A stretch of DNA of 64,000 bases from Felis catus. Lineage: Eukaryota. Shown here piece by piece: positions 60,971 through 64,000 of the stretch (its first letter is position 1; each line of letters begins with the position of its first letter). The notes under the pieces are model-generated. The model was not told the DNA's origin. It did not search any database and saw nothing but the letters and a program-made list of their open reading frames with translations. The stretch is from contig NC_058368.1 of NCBI RefSeq assembly GCF_018350175.1, forward strand, positions 138,758,001 to 138,822,000, written 5' to 3'. Position numbers and translations under genes: made by a program.

Positions 60971-62229
60971 GTGGTGTCATAGTGGGGGATACCTCGGTAT
61001 GTTTTAATGCCCTCACTTAGCAAAAAGAAATGCTAATCATTCTATGTCCGCCTTAAAAATCATGGTAGAAATGTTATTGGTCAGTGAAATCCAAGAGTCC
61101 AGAAACCACTGGTCTAGTCCATCCTTTTGTCCCTTTCATTAAGTAAATTCAGCTAAGTACCCAGATCCATTCAAATCGAAAGTCCCTGGAAGCTCAGACA
61201 AAAATTCAGTCAGTCTCCAAACGTTCTGGCCTGTCCAAGATTTCCTCGGTGCCAAGCAACCCACTTGCCTTACGTTTTTCACTCAAGCGAAAAGAAAGGT
61301 CGTATGATGGAGCCCATTCTGGGTCAATCAGAAGACCGGGTTCTCACACACGATTGGGAAGGGAGGAAATTAGCTCACATCGCTGTATCAGGAAGAAGCG
61401 AACTCAAATGAGGAGAGGCCTGGCCCAAGGAGGAAACAGCAGGAAGCGATTATTCAGGATTCAGATGCTCATTTGTAGGCGTGTACAGTCAAATATTGCC
61501 TGGATCAATTTTATTTGCTTCCTTTGGAGCCAAATTAACTGTTAAAGGAACTGCCGGTTATGGGAACCAGTGTCACGTATTCCAAAAGACTCACCCCCGA
61601 GGCTTATTGGCTACGACATTTAGAAATCCTTTGGACAATTAAGAATTCCTATAGTAATTAAATTCGTTAGGAGCTCTAGTTTGGTGGGCCCTAAAATAAT
61701 TAGAATCAGAAACTCCAAACAGACAATCTTCGACCTCCAGTGTCCCAAAGGAAGCTACCAATGGTTCCACATCCTCGGGTCAATCCAGACAGTGAAGAAA
61801 AGGGCTAAGGCGGTGGGCGTCTCACTCAGGCCACGCCTTCCAAGGAGTACAGAACTTTTAGTGCCAAACTACTATGTGTCTCCGGCCCTAGAGGAGCAAG
61901 AAACTTGCCCAGATGGGGAAAAGGAGAATGAGAATCTTGAATCCAAGCTAACGTGGGTCACGTTCGGGCAGAATCCCCCTGCTAGACCCCTGACACGTAC
62001 ATGTGTGTAGACACCTACACACGTGCTTCTCATTACATTGCTTGTGTATTCTCATTTCCCTTATAAAACCCTCTGCCCCAAAAAACCACATGGAACTACA
62101 TGGATACATACATAGCTGCCGATCACCCACCCTGACGGGTGGTTAGCAGGTGTGTGCAATATGTTGCTACACTAGCTCATCCAATAACAAGGTGCCATTA
62201 AGGAGTCGAGAGCACTGCCTGCAAAAAGG

Positions 62230-62383
62230 GGACTCTGCCGCTTAGCTCTGACACTCAGTAGCCATGTGACCTCAAACTAGTCGTTGGCCTCTCTAGGCCT
62301 CTGTTTTCTTGTCTATAAAAAGACAGAAGTAGATTACTGGCGCTGGTCATTTCTTTTGCAGCCTCAACATTCGAGATTCCGTG
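62230..62383 (+). mobile_element. MIR3/MIRc fragment
   Basis: gctctgacactcagtagccatgtgacct...cctctctaggcctctgttttcttgtctataaaa. Confidence 0.7.
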
Positions 62384-63836
62384 CAACTACAAATGACTTA
62401 ATCACCACCAGCAGCTAAACAGAGCACATGCATCCAAGCCAGAGGCTAAGCAGACTCTGTGGCTGACCGTAGCCAAACTTAGACCTTAATGTGGGGTTCT
62501 TTTTACAGTTAGTTTTGGAATACACTCAAAAACCAAAAGGAAGTTGGATTCCGATCCCTCGGGCAGGCCAGTAAGCATTCTCCAAGGGCCAAAGATAAAC
62601 GTGCAAGCCTTGGGGAGAGCCAGGAGAGGTATGGCTGCTGCGTACCAACAGTAAACTGCACAGGAGTCCTACGGATGGGGAGCCCCGGCTTCAGGCTCAG
62701 AGAAGCGGGATGATTACCCAGCTCAGCCTCTGAAAGCAGACCCGACCAGGCACCCAGCTTCCCTCTGGGCACCAGACGCCGCTATGCTAACCACCGCTCA
62801 GCATGAAGACACATGAGTCTTGAGCTACCTACCCCCTCCCATATGCTGCAAAACTCCAGTTGCTCCCCAGACTAAGTAAAAACATCAGGATTTATCAGAA
62901 TGCTGATGGGTTTTCAGAAACAGAAAGATTGGCTCCGTGAATAGAAGAAAGCAGTTCTTTGAATAATATGACACAGCTTGAGGGCCTGCCGAGGGTGAAT
63001 GGAAATTAAAATAATCAAAATCAATGGTAATAACGTGCTCGAGAAGCAGTTCTGAAATGCAGATTACCCACTCAGCAGCCAACTCACTAATGACATTAGA
63101 TAATATGAAATACAAACAGGAGAGAAAACAATCTAAGCCAATTACGCTGAGTATGCTTCTGACATCAAAAGGTATGGCAGATGAAGCTGAATTTCCATAT
63201 ATTAATATTTAAGCCAGTATAGAATAGAAAGTAATGCACATAATGAAGACCCCCTAGATTTGAGTACACGTAGCTAAAATCTCTAATCAAGCAAAGAACG
63301 TTTTTCTAAATGATAATTAGCAGCAATCATGTTCTTGACGTGCAGGATATTATGAAGTACAAACTGCAGCGTTAAAAAAAGATGCGGAAAACCAGAATTG
63401 TATTTCTTGGCTACGGCACACCGAGTGTAATAAACCGAGCAACTTTAGAGTCTCCCTCCCCACGCCTTAACAATAAAATGCACCTGCAAAGAAACCATTA
63501 CAGGTGTCACTGGTGTGGTCACAAAGTGTGATAGTTACCCAAGAAAGACCGTGAGGAATAAGTAGTATGCTCCATGCCTGAGAAAGAAAGGAGGGGAGAA
63601 GGGAGAGGAAAGAGAAAATCTGTAAGAATGGGAATAAGGAACTAGAAGTCTACATCTCCTAGAACAACTCTGCCCAGGCCTTTTTATTTCTCGGTTCGCA
63701 AATAAGCACACGGAGCAAGGTAGACTCCCTGCCAAGTGAGCAGTGAAGAATGTGAGCATCGTTTGTTTCACTACCTCTGTTCAATTACGAGTTGAATAAC
63801 TAGCGGAAGCAGCAACATACATTCACAATTACCTCC

Positions 63837-63873
63837 TGCACATGCGTGCGCGCGCGCACACACACACACACAT
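63837..63873. repeat. (CG)n-(CA)n alternating tract
   Basis: tgcacatgcgtgcgcgcgcgcacacacacacacacat. Confidence 0.93.
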
Positions 63874-64000
63874 CCCATCCAGAGGATATTGACAACTCCT
63901 GGTACGCCAGATGCTTTGTAGGAACAAAGCAGGGTTGGGCCATGTGACAATGGCCGTGAAGACAACATGATTTTCTCACACTACTCCTCTCTATATATGT

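Overview
Mammalian nuclear DNA from a felid (cat family). The window carries 31 tRNA-derived CanSINEs, about 11 of them the young Felidae-type form (GGGGCGCCTGGGTGGCGCAGTCGGTTAAGCGTCCGACTTCAGCCAGGTCACG...) with clean target-site duplications (TSDs). It also has carnivore L1 3' ends and ancient eutherian repeats: L1M, L2, MIR, MLT1/MLT2/LTR16/LTR33-type LTRs, and hAT MITEs (MER3, MER5A1, MER58A, MER102). I recognise no protein-coding exon, RNA gene or CpG island. The only convincing protein similarity is to L1 ORF2 remnants, so this looks like a large intron or intergenic region, and I cannot name the locus. I found no evidence for a new biological system. The points worth a second look are modest: nested insertions, a tight head-to-head SINE pair, a 13 kb SINE-free stretch, a let-7g-like site with extensive 3' pairing, a 90 bp alternating purine-pyrimidine quasi-palindrome, a perfect 35 bp duplication, an apparently internally deleted L1M, and two weak candidate exons. 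Repeat family names come from recalled consensus sequences rather than a database search. Boundaries of old repeats are approximate.
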